Source: Paragordius varius
Taxonomy: Eukaryota > Animalia > Nematomorpha
Assembly: GCA_964247055.1 (NCBI GenBank)
Contig: OZ176051.1
Span: 930,001-994,000, forward strand
DNA: 64,000 nt
Direction of reading: 5' to 3'
The notes under the pieces were generated by a model that did no database searches, was not told where the DNA came from, and saw only the letters and a program-made list of their open reading frames with translations. Each line of letters opens with the position of its first letter. Positions within the stretch are counted from its first letter, which is position 1. Both the position numbers and the translations under genes were made by a program. Shown one piece after another: positions 1 through 12,140 of this stretch.

Positions 1-1998
1 TCAAGTTAAATTTTGTCTATTAAAAATCGGATATTGGTCACCGGTGAACAAAATTATTTTTTATACATTCTCTTAGTAAGACTACATCAAAATATAGAAA
101 TAGTTTGACAAATTCTTTCATATCCGATTTTTACAACGATACTTTAAAAATTAATGTATTAAACTAGTCGCATCAATACTCAAGTTAAACTTTGTCCTTA
201 AAAATCGGATATTGGTCACCGGTGAACAAAATTATTTTATTTACATTCTCTTAGTAAGACTACATCAAAATATAGAGATAGTTTGACAAACTCTTTTATA
301 TCCGATTTTTACAACGATACTTTAAAAATTAATGTATAAAACTAGGCGTATCAATAAATCGCATCAATACTCAAGTTAAACTTTGTCCTTAAAAATCGGA
401 TATTGGTCACCGGTGAACAAAATTATTTTTTATACATTCTCTTAGTAGGACTACATCAAAATATAGAGATAGTTTGGCAAACTCTTTCATATCCGATTTT
501 TACAACGATACTTTAAAAATTAATGTATAAAACCAGTCGCATCAATACTCAAGTTAAACTTTGTCTATTAAAAATCGGATATTGGTCAACCGGTGAACAA
601 AATTATTTTTTATACATTCTCTTAGTAAGACTATATCAAAATATAGAAATAGTTTGACAAATTCTTTCATATCCGATTTTTACAACGATACTTTAAAAAT
701 TAATGTATTAAACTAGTCGCATCAATACTCAACTTAAATTGTCCTTGAAAATCGGATATTGGTCACCGGTGAACAAAATTATTTTTTATACATTCTCTTA
801 GCAAGACTACATCAAAATATAGAGATAGTTTGACAAACTTTTTCATATCCGATTTTTACATCGATACTTTAAAAATTATGGTATTAAACCAGTCGCATCA
901 ATACTCAAGTTAAACATTGTCCTTAAAAATCGGATATTGGTCACCGGTGAACAAAACTATTTTTTATACATTCTCTTAGTAAGACTACATCGAAATATAG
1001 AGATAGTTTGACAAACTCTTTCATATCCGATTTTTACAACGATACTTTAAAAATTAATGTATAAAACTAGTCGTATCAATAAATCGCATCAATACTCAAG
1101 TTAAACTTTCTCCTTAAAAATCGGATATTGGTCACCGGTGAACAAAATTATTTTTTATACATTCTCTTAGTAGGACTACATCAAAATATAGAGATAGTTT
1201 GGCAAACTCTTTCATATCCGATTTTTACAACGATATTTAAAAATTAATGTATAAAACTAGTCGCATCAATACTCAAGTTAAACTTTGTCCTTAAAAATCG
1301 GATATTGGTCACCGGTGAACAAAATTATTTTTTATACATTCTCTTAGTAAGACTACATCAAAATATAGAGATAGTGTGACAAACTCTTTCATATCCGATT
1401 TTTACAACGATATTTAAAAATTAATATATAAAACTAGTCGTATCAATAAATCGCATACACACTCAAGTTAAACTTTGTCCTTAAAAATCGGATATTGGTC
1501 AACCGGTGAACAAAATTATTTTTTATACATTCTCTTAGTAGGACTACATCAAAATATAGAGATAGTTTGGCAAACTCTTTCATATCCGATTTTTACAACG
1601 ATACTTTAAAAATTAATGTATAAAACTAGTCGCATCAATACTCAAGTTAAACTTTGTCCTTAAAAATGGGATATTGGTCACCGGTGAACAAAATTATTTT
1701 TTATACATTCTCTTAGTAGGACTACATCAAAATATAGCAAATAGTTTGACAAATTCTTTCATATCCGATTTTTACAACGATACTTTAAAAATTAATGTTT
1801 TAAACTAGTCGCATCAATACTCAACTTAAACTTTGTCCTTAAAAATCGGATATTGGTCACCGGTGAACAAAATTATTTCTTATACATTCTCTTAGCAAGA
1901 CTACATCAAAATATAGAAATAGTTTGACAAATTCTTTCATATCCGATTTTTACAACGATACTTTAAAAATTAATGTATAAAACTAGTCGCATCAATAC

Positions 1999-2165
1999 TC
2001 AAGTTAAACTTTGTCCTTAAAAATCGGATATGAACAAAATTATTTTATTTACATTCTCTTAGTAAGACTACATCAAAATATAGAAATAGTTTGACAAACT
2101 CTTTCATATCCGATTTTTACAACGATACTTTAAAAATTTATGTATTAAACTAATCGCATCAATAC
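1999..2165 (+). repeat. 167-bp deletion monomer (11-bp loss of ttggtcaccgg)
   Basis: aaatcggata|tgaacaaaat at 2021-2040. Monomer starts at 1999 and 2166. Confidence 0.92.
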
Positions 2166-3077
2166 TCAAGTTAAACTTTGTCCTTAAAAATCGTATATTG
2201 TTCACCGGTGAACAAAATTATTTTTTATACATTCTCTTAGCAAGTCTACATCAAAATATAGAGATAGTTTGACAAACTCTTTCATATCCGATTTTTACAA
2301 CGATATTTAAAAATTAATATATAAAACTAGTCGTATCAATAAATCGCATATACACTCAAGTTAAACTTTGTCCTTAAAAATCGGATATTGGTCAACCGGT
2401 GAACAAAATTATTTTTTATACATTCTCTTAGTAGGACTACATCAAAATATAGAGATAGTTTGGCAAACTCTTTCATATCCGATTTTTACAACGATACTTT
2501 AAAAATTAATGTATAAAACTAGTCGCATCAATACTCAAGTTAAACTTTGTCCTTAAAAATGGGATATTGGTCACCGGTGAACAAAATTATTTTTTATACA
2601 TTCTCTTAGTAAGACTACATCAAAATATAGAAATAGTTTGACAAATTCTTTCATATCCGATTTTTACAACGATACTTTAAAAATTAATGTATTAAACTAG
2701 TCGCATCAATACTCAACTTAAACTTTGTCCTTAAAAATCGGATATTGGTCACCGGTGAACAAAATTATTTTTTATACATTCTCTTAGCAATACTACATCA
2801 GAATATAGAGATAGTTTGACAATTTCTTTCATATCCGATTTTTACAACGATACTTTAAAAATTAATGTATAAAACTAGTCGCATCAATACTCAAGCTAAA
2901 CATTGTCCTTAAAAATCGGATATTGGTCACCGGTGAACAAAACAATTTTTTTTACATCTTAGTAAGACTACATCAAAATATAGAGATAGTTTGACAAACT
3001 CTTTCATATCCGATTTTTACAACGATATTTAAAAATTAATATATAAAACTAGTCGTATCAATAAATCGCATACATAC

Positions 3078-4445
3078 TCAAGTTAAACTTTGTCCTTAAA
3101 AATCGGATATTGGTCACCGGTGAACAAAATTATTTTTTATACATTCTCTTAGTAAGACTACATCAAAATATAGAAATAGTTTGACAAATTCTTTCATATC
3201 CGATTTTTACAACGATACTTTAAAAATTAATGTATAAAACTAGTCGGATCAATACTCAAGCTAAACTTTGTTCTTAAAAATCGGATATTGTTCACCGGTG
3301 AACAAAATTATTTTTTATACATTCTCTTAGCAAGACTACATCAAAATATAGAGATAGTTTGACAAACTCTTTCATATCCGATTTTTACAACGATATTTAA
3401 AAATTAATATATAAAACTAGTCGTATCAATAAATCGCATACACACTCAAGTTAAACTTTGTCCTTAAAAATCGGATATTGGTCAACCGGTGAACAAAATT
3501 ATTTTTTATACATTCTCTTAGTAGGACTACATCAAAATATAGAGATAGTTTGGCAAACTCTTTCATATCCGATTTTTACAACGATACTTTAAAAATTAAT
3601 GTATAAAACTAGTCGCATCAATACTCAACTTAAACTTTGTCCTTAAAAATCGGATATTGGTCACCGGTGAACAAAATTATTTTTTATACATTCTCTTAGC
3701 AAGACTACATCAAAATATAGAAATAGTTTGACAAATTCTTTCATATCCGATTTTTACAACGATACTTTAAAAATTAATGTATAAAACTAGTCGCATCAAT
3801 ACTCAAGTTAAACTTTGTCCTTAAAAATCGGATATTGGTCACCGGTGAACAAAATTATTTTTTATACATTCTCTTAGTAAGACTACATCAAAATATAGAA
3901 ATAGTTTGACAAATTCTTTCATATCCGATTTTTACAACGATACTTTAAAAATTAATGTATAAAACTAGTCGGATCAATACTCAAGCTAAACTTTGTTCTT
4001 AAAAATCGGATATTGTTCACCGGTGAACAAAATTATTTTTTATACATTCTCTTAGCAAGACTACATCAAAATATAGAGATAGTTTGACAAACTCTTTCAT
4101 ATCCGATTTTTACAACGATATTTAAAAATTAATATATAAAACTAGTCGTATCAATAAATCGCATACACACTCAAGTTAAACTTTGTCCTTAAAAATCGGA
4201 TATTGGTCAACCGGTGAACAAAATTATTTTTTATACATTCTCTTAGTAGGACTACATCAAAATATAGAGATAGTTTGGCAAACTCTTTCATATCCGATTT
4301 TTACAACGATACTTTAAAAATTAATGTATAAAACTAGTCGCATCAATACTCAACTTAAACTTTGTCCTTAAAAATCGGATATTGGTCACCGGTGAACAAA
4401 ATTATTTTTTATACATTCTCTTAGCAAGACTACATCAAAATATAG
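3078..4445. repeat. Local 4-monomer (725-bp) tandem duplication
   Basis: Rare gtcggatc...gctaaactttgttc allele at 3245 and 3970. Monomer starts 3078 and 3803. Confidence 0.85.
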
Positions 4446-7130
4446 AGATAGTTTGACAATTTCTTTCATATCCGATTTTTACAACGATACTTTAAAAATT
4501 AATGTATAAAACTAGTCGCATCAATACTCAAGCTAAACATTGTCCTTAAAAATCATATATTGGTCACCGGTGAACAAAACTATTTTTTATACATCTTAGT
4601 AAGACTACATCAAAATATAGAGATAGTTTGACAAACTCTTTCATATCCGATTTTTACAACGATATTTAAAAATTAATATATAAAACTAGTCGTATCAATA
4701 AATCGCATACATACTCAAGTTAAACTTTGTCCTTAAAAATCGGATATTGGTCACCGGTGAACAAAATTATTTTTTATACATTCTCTTAGTAAGACTACAT
4801 CAAAATATAGAAATAGTTTGACAAATTCTTTCATATCCGATTTTTACAACGATACTTTAAAAATTAATGTATAAAACTAGTCGGATCAATACTCAAGCTA
4901 AACTTTGTTCTTAAAAATCGGATATTGGTCACCGGTGAACAAAATTATTTTTTATACATTCTCTTAGTAAGACTACATCAAAATATAGAGATAGTTTGAC
5001 AAACTCTTTCATATCCGATTTTTACAACGATACTTTAAAAATTATGGTATAAAACCAGTCGCATCAATACTCAAGTTAAACTTTGTCCTTAAAAATCGAA
5101 TATTGGTCACCGGTGAACAAAACTATTTTTTATACATTCTCTTAGTAAGACTACATCAAAATATAGAGATAGTTTGGCAAACTGTTTCATATCCGATTTT
5201 TACAACGATACTTTAAAAATTAATGTATAAAACTAGTCGCATCAATACTCAAGTTAAACTTTGTCCTTGAAAATCGAATATTGGTCACCGGTGAACAAAA
5301 TAATTTTTTATACATTCTCTTAGGAGTACATCAAAATATAGAAATAGTTTGACAAACTCTTTCATATGCGATTTTTACAACGATGCTTTAAAAATTAATG
5401 TATTAAACTAGTCGCATCAATACTCAAGCTAAACATTGTCCTTAAAAATCGGATATTGGTCACCGGTGAACAAAACTATTTTTTATACATTCTCTTTGTA
5501 AGACTACATCAAAATATAGAGATAGTTTGACAAACTCTTTCATATCCGATTTTTACAACGATATTTAAAAATTAATATATAAAACTAGTCGTATCAATAA
5601 ATCGCATACATACTCAAGTTAAACTTTGTCCTTAAAAATCGGATATTGGTCACCGGTGAACAAAATTATTTTTTATACATTCTCTTAGTAAGACTACATC
5701 AAAATATAGAAATAGTTTGACAAATTCTTTCATATCCGATTTTTACAACGATACTTTAAAAATTAATGTATAAAACTAGTCGGATCAATACTCAAGCTAA
5801 ACTTTGTTCTTAAAAATCGGATATTGGTCACCGGTGAACAAAATTATTTTTTATACATTCTTTTAGTAAGACTACATCAAAATATAGAGATAGTTTGACA
5901 AACTCTTTCATATCCGATTTTTACAACGATACTTTAAAAATTATGGTATTAAACCAGTCGCATCAATACTCAAGTTAAACTTTGTCCTTAAAAATCGAAT
6001 ATTGGTCACCGGTGAACAAAACTATTTTTTATACATTCTCTTAGTAAGACTACATCAAAATATAGAGATAGTTTGACAAACTCTTTCATATCCGATTTTT
6101 ACAACGATACTTTAAAAATTATGGTATTAAACCAGTCGCATCAATACTCAAGTTAAACTTTGTCCTTAAAAATCGGATATTGGTCACCGGTGAACAAAAT
6201 TATTTTTTATACATTCTCTTAGTAGGACTACATCAAAATATAGAGATAGCTTGGCAAACTGTTTCATATCCGATTTTTACAACGATACTTAAAAAATTAA
6301 TGTATAAAACTAGTCGCATCAATACTCAAGTTAAACTTTGTCCTTAAAAATCGAATATTGGTCACCGGTGAACAAAATTATTTTTTATACATTCTCTTAG
6401 GAGTACATCAAAATATAGAAATAGTTTGACAAACTCTTTCATATTCGATTTTTACAACGATACTTTAAAAATTAATGTATTAAACTAGTCGCATCAATAC
6501 TCAAGCTAAACATTGTCCTTGAAAATCGGATATTGGTCACCGGTGAACAAAACTATTTTTTATACATTCTCTTAGTAAGACTACATCAAAATATAGAGAT
6601 AGTTTGACAAACCCTTTTATATCCGATTTTTACAACGATACTTTAAAAATTAATGTATAAAACTAGTCGTATCAATAAATCGCAAACACACTCAAGTTAA
6701 ACTTTGTCCTTAAAAATCGGATATTGGTCAACCGGTGAACAAAATTATTTTTTATACATTCTCTTAGTAGGACTACATCAAAATATAGCAAATAGTTTGA
6801 CAAATTCTTTCATATCCGATTTTTACAACGATACTTTAAAAATTAATGTTTTAAACTAGTCGCATAATACTCAACTTAAACTTTGTCCTTAAAAATCGGA
6901 TATTGGTCACCGGTGAACAAAATTATTTCTTATACATTCTCTTAGCAAGACTACATCAAAATATAGAAATAGTTTTACAAATTCTTTCATATCCGATTTT
7001 TACAACGATACTTTAAAAATTTATGTATTAAACTAGTCGCATCAATACTCAAGTTAAACTTTGTCCTTAAAAATCGTATATTGTTCACCGGTGAACAAAA
7101 TTATTTTTTATACATTCTCTTAGCAAGTCT

Positions 7131-10100
7131 ACATCAAAATATAGAGATAGTTTGACAAACTCTTTCATATCCGATTTTTACAACGATATTTAAAAATTAA
7201 TATATAAAACTAGTCGTATCAATAAATCGCATACACACTCAAGTTAAACTTTGTCCTTAAAAATCGGATATTGGTCAACCGGTGAACAAAATTATTTTTT
7301 ATACATTCTCTTAGTAGGACTACATCAAAATATAGAGATAGTTTGGCAAACTCTTTCATATCCGATTTTTTACAACGATACTTTAAAAATTAATGTATAA
7401 AACTAGTCGCATCAATACTCAAGTTAAACTTTGTCCTTAAAAATCGGATATTGGTCACCGGTGAACAAAATTATTTTTTATACATTCTCTTAGTAAGACT
7501 ACATCAAAATATAGAAATAGTTTGACAAATTCTTTCATATCCGATTTTTACAACGATACTTTAAAAATTAATGTATTAAACTAGTCGCATCAATACTCAA
7601 GCTAAACATTGTCCTTAAAAATCGGATATTGGTCACCGCTGAACAAAACTATTTTTTATACATTCTCTTAGTAAGACTACATCAAAATATAGAGATAGTT
7701 TGATAAACTCTTTCATATCCGATTTTTATAACGATACTTTAAAAATTAATGTATAAAACTAGTCGTATCAATAAATCGCATCAATACTCAAGTTAAACTT
7801 TGTCCTTAAAAATCGGATATTGGTCAACCGGTGAACAAAATTATTTTTTATACATTCTCTTAGTAGGACTACATCAAAATATAGAGATAGTTTGGCAAAC
7901 TCTTTCATATCCGATTTTTACAACGATACTTTAAAAATTAATGTATAAAACTAGTCGCATCAATACTCAAGTTAAACTTTGTCCTTAAAAATCGGATATT
8001 GGTCACCGGTGAACAAAATTATTTTTTATACATTCTCTTAGTAAGACTACATCAAAATATAGAAATAGTTTGACAAATTCTTTCATATCCGATTTTTACA
8101 ACGATACTTTAAAAATTAATGTATAAAACTAGTCGCATCAATACTCAAGTTAAACTTTGTCCTTAAAAATCGGATATTGGTCACCGGTGAACAAAATTAT
8201 TTTTTATACATTCTCTTAGTAAGACTACATCAAAATATAGAAATAGTTTGACAAATTCTTTCATATCCGATTTTTACAACGATACTTTAAAAATTAATGT
8301 ATTAAACTAGTCGCATCAATACTCAAGCTAAACATTGTCCTTAAAAATCGGATATTGGTCACCGCTGAACAAAACTATTTTTTATACATTCTCTTAGTAA
8401 GACTACATCAAAATATAGAGATAGTTTGAGAAACTCTTTCATATCCGATTTTTACAACGATACTTTAGAAATTAATGTATAAAACTAGTCGTATCAATAA
8501 ATCGCATCAATACTCAAGTTAAACTTTGTCCTTAAAAATCGGATATTGGTCAACCGGTGAACAAAATTATTTTTTATACATTCTCTTAGTAGGACTACAT
8601 CAAAATATAGAGATAGTTTGGCAAACTCTTTCATATCCGATTTTTACAACGATACTTTAAAAATTAATGTATAAAACTAGTCGCATCAATACTCAAGTTA
8701 AACTTTGTCCTTAAAAATCGGATATTGGTCACCGGTGAACAAAATTATTTTTTATACATTCTCTTAGTAAGACTACATCAAAATATAGAAATAGTTTGAC
8801 AAATTCTTTCATATCCGATTTTTACAACGATACTTTAAAAATTATGGTATTAAACCAGTCGCATCAATACTCAAGTTAAACTTTGTCCTTAAAAATCGGA
8901 TATTGGTCACCGGTGAACAAAACTATTTTTTATACATTCTCTTAGTAAGACTACATCAAATATAGAAATAGTTTGACAAACTCTTTCATATCCGATTTTT
9001 ACAACGATACTTTAAAAATTAATGTATAAAACTAGTCGTATCAATAAATCGCATCAATACTCAAGTTAAACTTTCTCCTTAAAAATCGGATATTGGTCAC
9101 CGGTGAACAAAACTATTTTTTATACATTCTCTTAGTAAGACTACATCAAAATATAGAGATAGTTTGACAAACTCTTTCATATCCGATTTTTACAACGATA
9201 TTTAAAAATTAATATATAAAACTAGTCGTATCAATAAATCGCATACACACTCAAGTTAAACTTTGTCCTTAAAAATCGGATATTGGTCAACCGGTGAACA
9301 AAATTATTTTTTATACATTCTCTTAGTAGGACTACATCAAAATATAGAGATAGTTTGGCAAACTCTTTCATATCCGATTTTTTACAACGATACTTTAAAA
9401 ATTAATGTATAAAACTAGTCGCATCAATACTCAAGTTAAACTTTGTCCTTAAAAATCGGATATTGGTCACCGGTGAACAAAATTATTTTTTATACATTCT
9501 CTTAGTAAGACTACATCAAAATATAGAAATAGTTTGACAAATTCTTTCATATCCGATTTTTACAACGATACTTTAAAAATTAATGTATTAAACTAGTCGC
9601 ATCAATACTCAAGCTAAACATTGTCCTTAAAAATCGGATATTGGTCACCGCTGAACAAAACTATTTTTTATACATTCTCTTAGTAAGACTACATCAAAAT
9701 ATAGAGATAGTTTGACAAACTCTTTCATATCCGATTTTTATAACGATACTTTAAAAATTAATGTATAAAACTAGTCGTATCAATAAATCGCATCAATACT
9801 CAAGTTAAACTTTGTCCTTAAAAATCGGATATTGGTCAACCGGTGAACAAAATTATTTTTTATACATTCTCTTAGTAGGACTACATCAAAATATAGAGAT
9901 AGTTTGGCAAACTCTTTCATATCCGATTTTTACAACGATACTTTAAAAATTAATGTATAAAACTAGTCGCATCAATACTCAAGTTAAACTTTGTCCTTAA
10001 AAATCGGATATTGGTCACCGGTGAACAAAATTATTTTTTATACATTCTCTTAGTAAGACTACATCAAAATATAGAAATAGTTTGACAAATTCTTTCATAT

Positions 10101-12140
10101 CCGATTTTTACAACGATACTTTAAAAATTAATGTATAAAACTAGTCGCATCAATACTCAAGTTAAACTTTGTCCTTAAAAATCGGATATTGGTCACCGGT
10201 GAACAAAATTATTTTTTATACATTCTCTTAGTAAGACTACATCAAAATATAGAAATAGTTTGACAAATTCTTTCATATCCGATTTTTACAACGATACTTT
10301 AAAAATTAATGTATTAAACTAGTCGCATCAATACTCAAGCTAAACATTGTCCTTAAAAATCGGATATTGGTCACCGCTGAACAAAACTATTTTTTATACA
10401 TTCTCTTAGTAAGACTACATCAAAATATAGAGATAGTTTGAGAAACTCTTTCATATCCGATTTTTACAACGATACTTTAAAAATTAATGTATAAAACTAG
10501 TCGTATCAATAAATCGCATCAATACTCAAGTTAAACTTTGTCCTTAAAAATCGGATATTGGTCAACCGGTGAACAAAATTATTTTTTATACATTCTCTTA
10601 GTAGGACTACATCAAAATATAGAGATAGTTTGGCAAACTCTTTCATATCCGATTTTTACAACGATACTTTAAAAATTAATGTATAAAACTAGTCGCATCA
10701 ATACTCAAGTTAAACTTTGTCCTTAAAAATCGGATATTGGTCACCGGTGAACAAAATTATTTTTTATACATTCTCTTAGTAAGACTACATCAAAATATAG
10801 AAATAGTTTGACAAATTCTTTCATATCCGATTTTTACAACGATACTTTAAAAATTATGGTATTAAACCAGTCGCATCAATACTCAAGTTAAACTTTGTCC
10901 TTAAAAATCGGATATTGGTCACCGGTGAACAAAACTATTTTTTATACATTCTCTTAGTAAGACTACATCAAATATAGAGATAGTTTGACAAACTCTTTCA
11001 TATCCGATTTTTACAACGATACTTTAAAAATTAATGTATAAAACTAGTCGTATCAATAAATCGCATCAATACTCAAGTTAAACTTTCTCCTTAAAAATCG
11101 GATATTGGTCACCGGTGAACAAAACTATTTTTTATACATTCTCTTAGTAAGACTACATCAAAATATAGAGATAGTTTGACAAACTCTTTCATATCCGATT
11201 TTTACAACGATATTTAAAAATTAATATATAAAACTAGTCGTATCAATAAATCGCATACACACTCAAGTTAAACTTTGTCCTTAAAAATCGGATATTGGTC
11301 AACCGGTGAACAAAATTATTTTTTATACATTCTCTTAGTAGGACTACATCAAAATATAGAGATAGTTTGGCAAACTCTTTCATATCCGATTTTTTACAAC
11401 GATACTTTAAAAATTAATGTATAAAACTAGTCGCATCAATACTCAAGTTAAACTTTGTCCTTAAAAATCGGATATTGGTCACCGGGGAACAAAATTATTT
11501 TTTATACATTCTCTTAGTAAGACTACATCAAAATATAGAAATAGTTTGACAAATTCTTTCATATCCGATTTTTACAACGATACTTTAAAAATTAATGTAT
11601 TAAACTAGTCGCATCAATACTCAAGCTAAACATTGTCCTTAAAAATCGGATATTGGTCACCGCTGAACAAAACTATTTTTTATACATTCTCTTAGTAAGA
11701 CTACATCAAAATATAGAGATAGTTTGACAAACTCTTTCATATCCGATTTTTACAACGATACTTTAAAAATTAATGTATAAAACTAGTCGTATCAATAAAT
11801 CGCATCAATACTCAAGTTAAACTTTGTCCTTAAAAATCGGATATTGGTCAACCGGTGAACAAAATTATTTTTTATACATTCTCTTAGTAGGACTACATCA
11901 AAATATAGAGATAGTTTGGCAAACTCTTTCATATCCGATTTTTACAACGATACTTTAAAAATTAATGTATAAAACTAGTCGCATCAATACTCAAGTTAAA
12001 CTTTGTCCTTAAAAATCGGATATTGGTCACCGGTGAACAAAATTATTTTTTATACATTCTCTTAGTAAGACTACATCAAAATATAGAAATAGTTTGACAA
12101 ATTCTTTCATATCCGATTTTTACAACGATACTTTAAAAAT
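7131..12140. repeat. 11-monomer higher-order repeat, period 2012 bp (7-mer of 1286 bp plus a duplicated 4-mer of 726 bp), about 2.4 copies
   Basis: ccgctgaac at 7636/9648/11660 and 8362/10374. Six-T tccgatttttt allele at 7361/9373/11385. ttatggtatt spacing 2012 then 1286. Confidence 0.9.
9979..10156 (+). repeat. Representative near-consensus monomer showing internal inverted repeats
   Basis: 14-bp perfect IR taaaaatcggatat (9998-10011) / atatccgattttta (10097-10110). 11-bp perfect IR ttttatacatt (10036-10046) / aatgtataaaa (10130-10140). 10-bp palindrome tcaccggtga (10015-10024). Short dyads aagtt-a-aactt, aaaat-t-atttt and tctta-g-taaga. Confidence 0.95.

Noticed and set aside
150-178. TATA or promoter-like (tataaaa) and polyadenylation-like (aataaa in the 13-bp duplication) motifs
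   Set aside because: These are expected by chance at about 72% AT, and nothing in the sequence supports transcriptional function.
1-178. Monomer built from two about 89-bp direct subrepeats (catcaa at 84 and 170; tttg at 12 and 103)
   Set aside because: The matches are only 4-6 bp in AT-rich sequence, and the halves do not align convincingly by eye.
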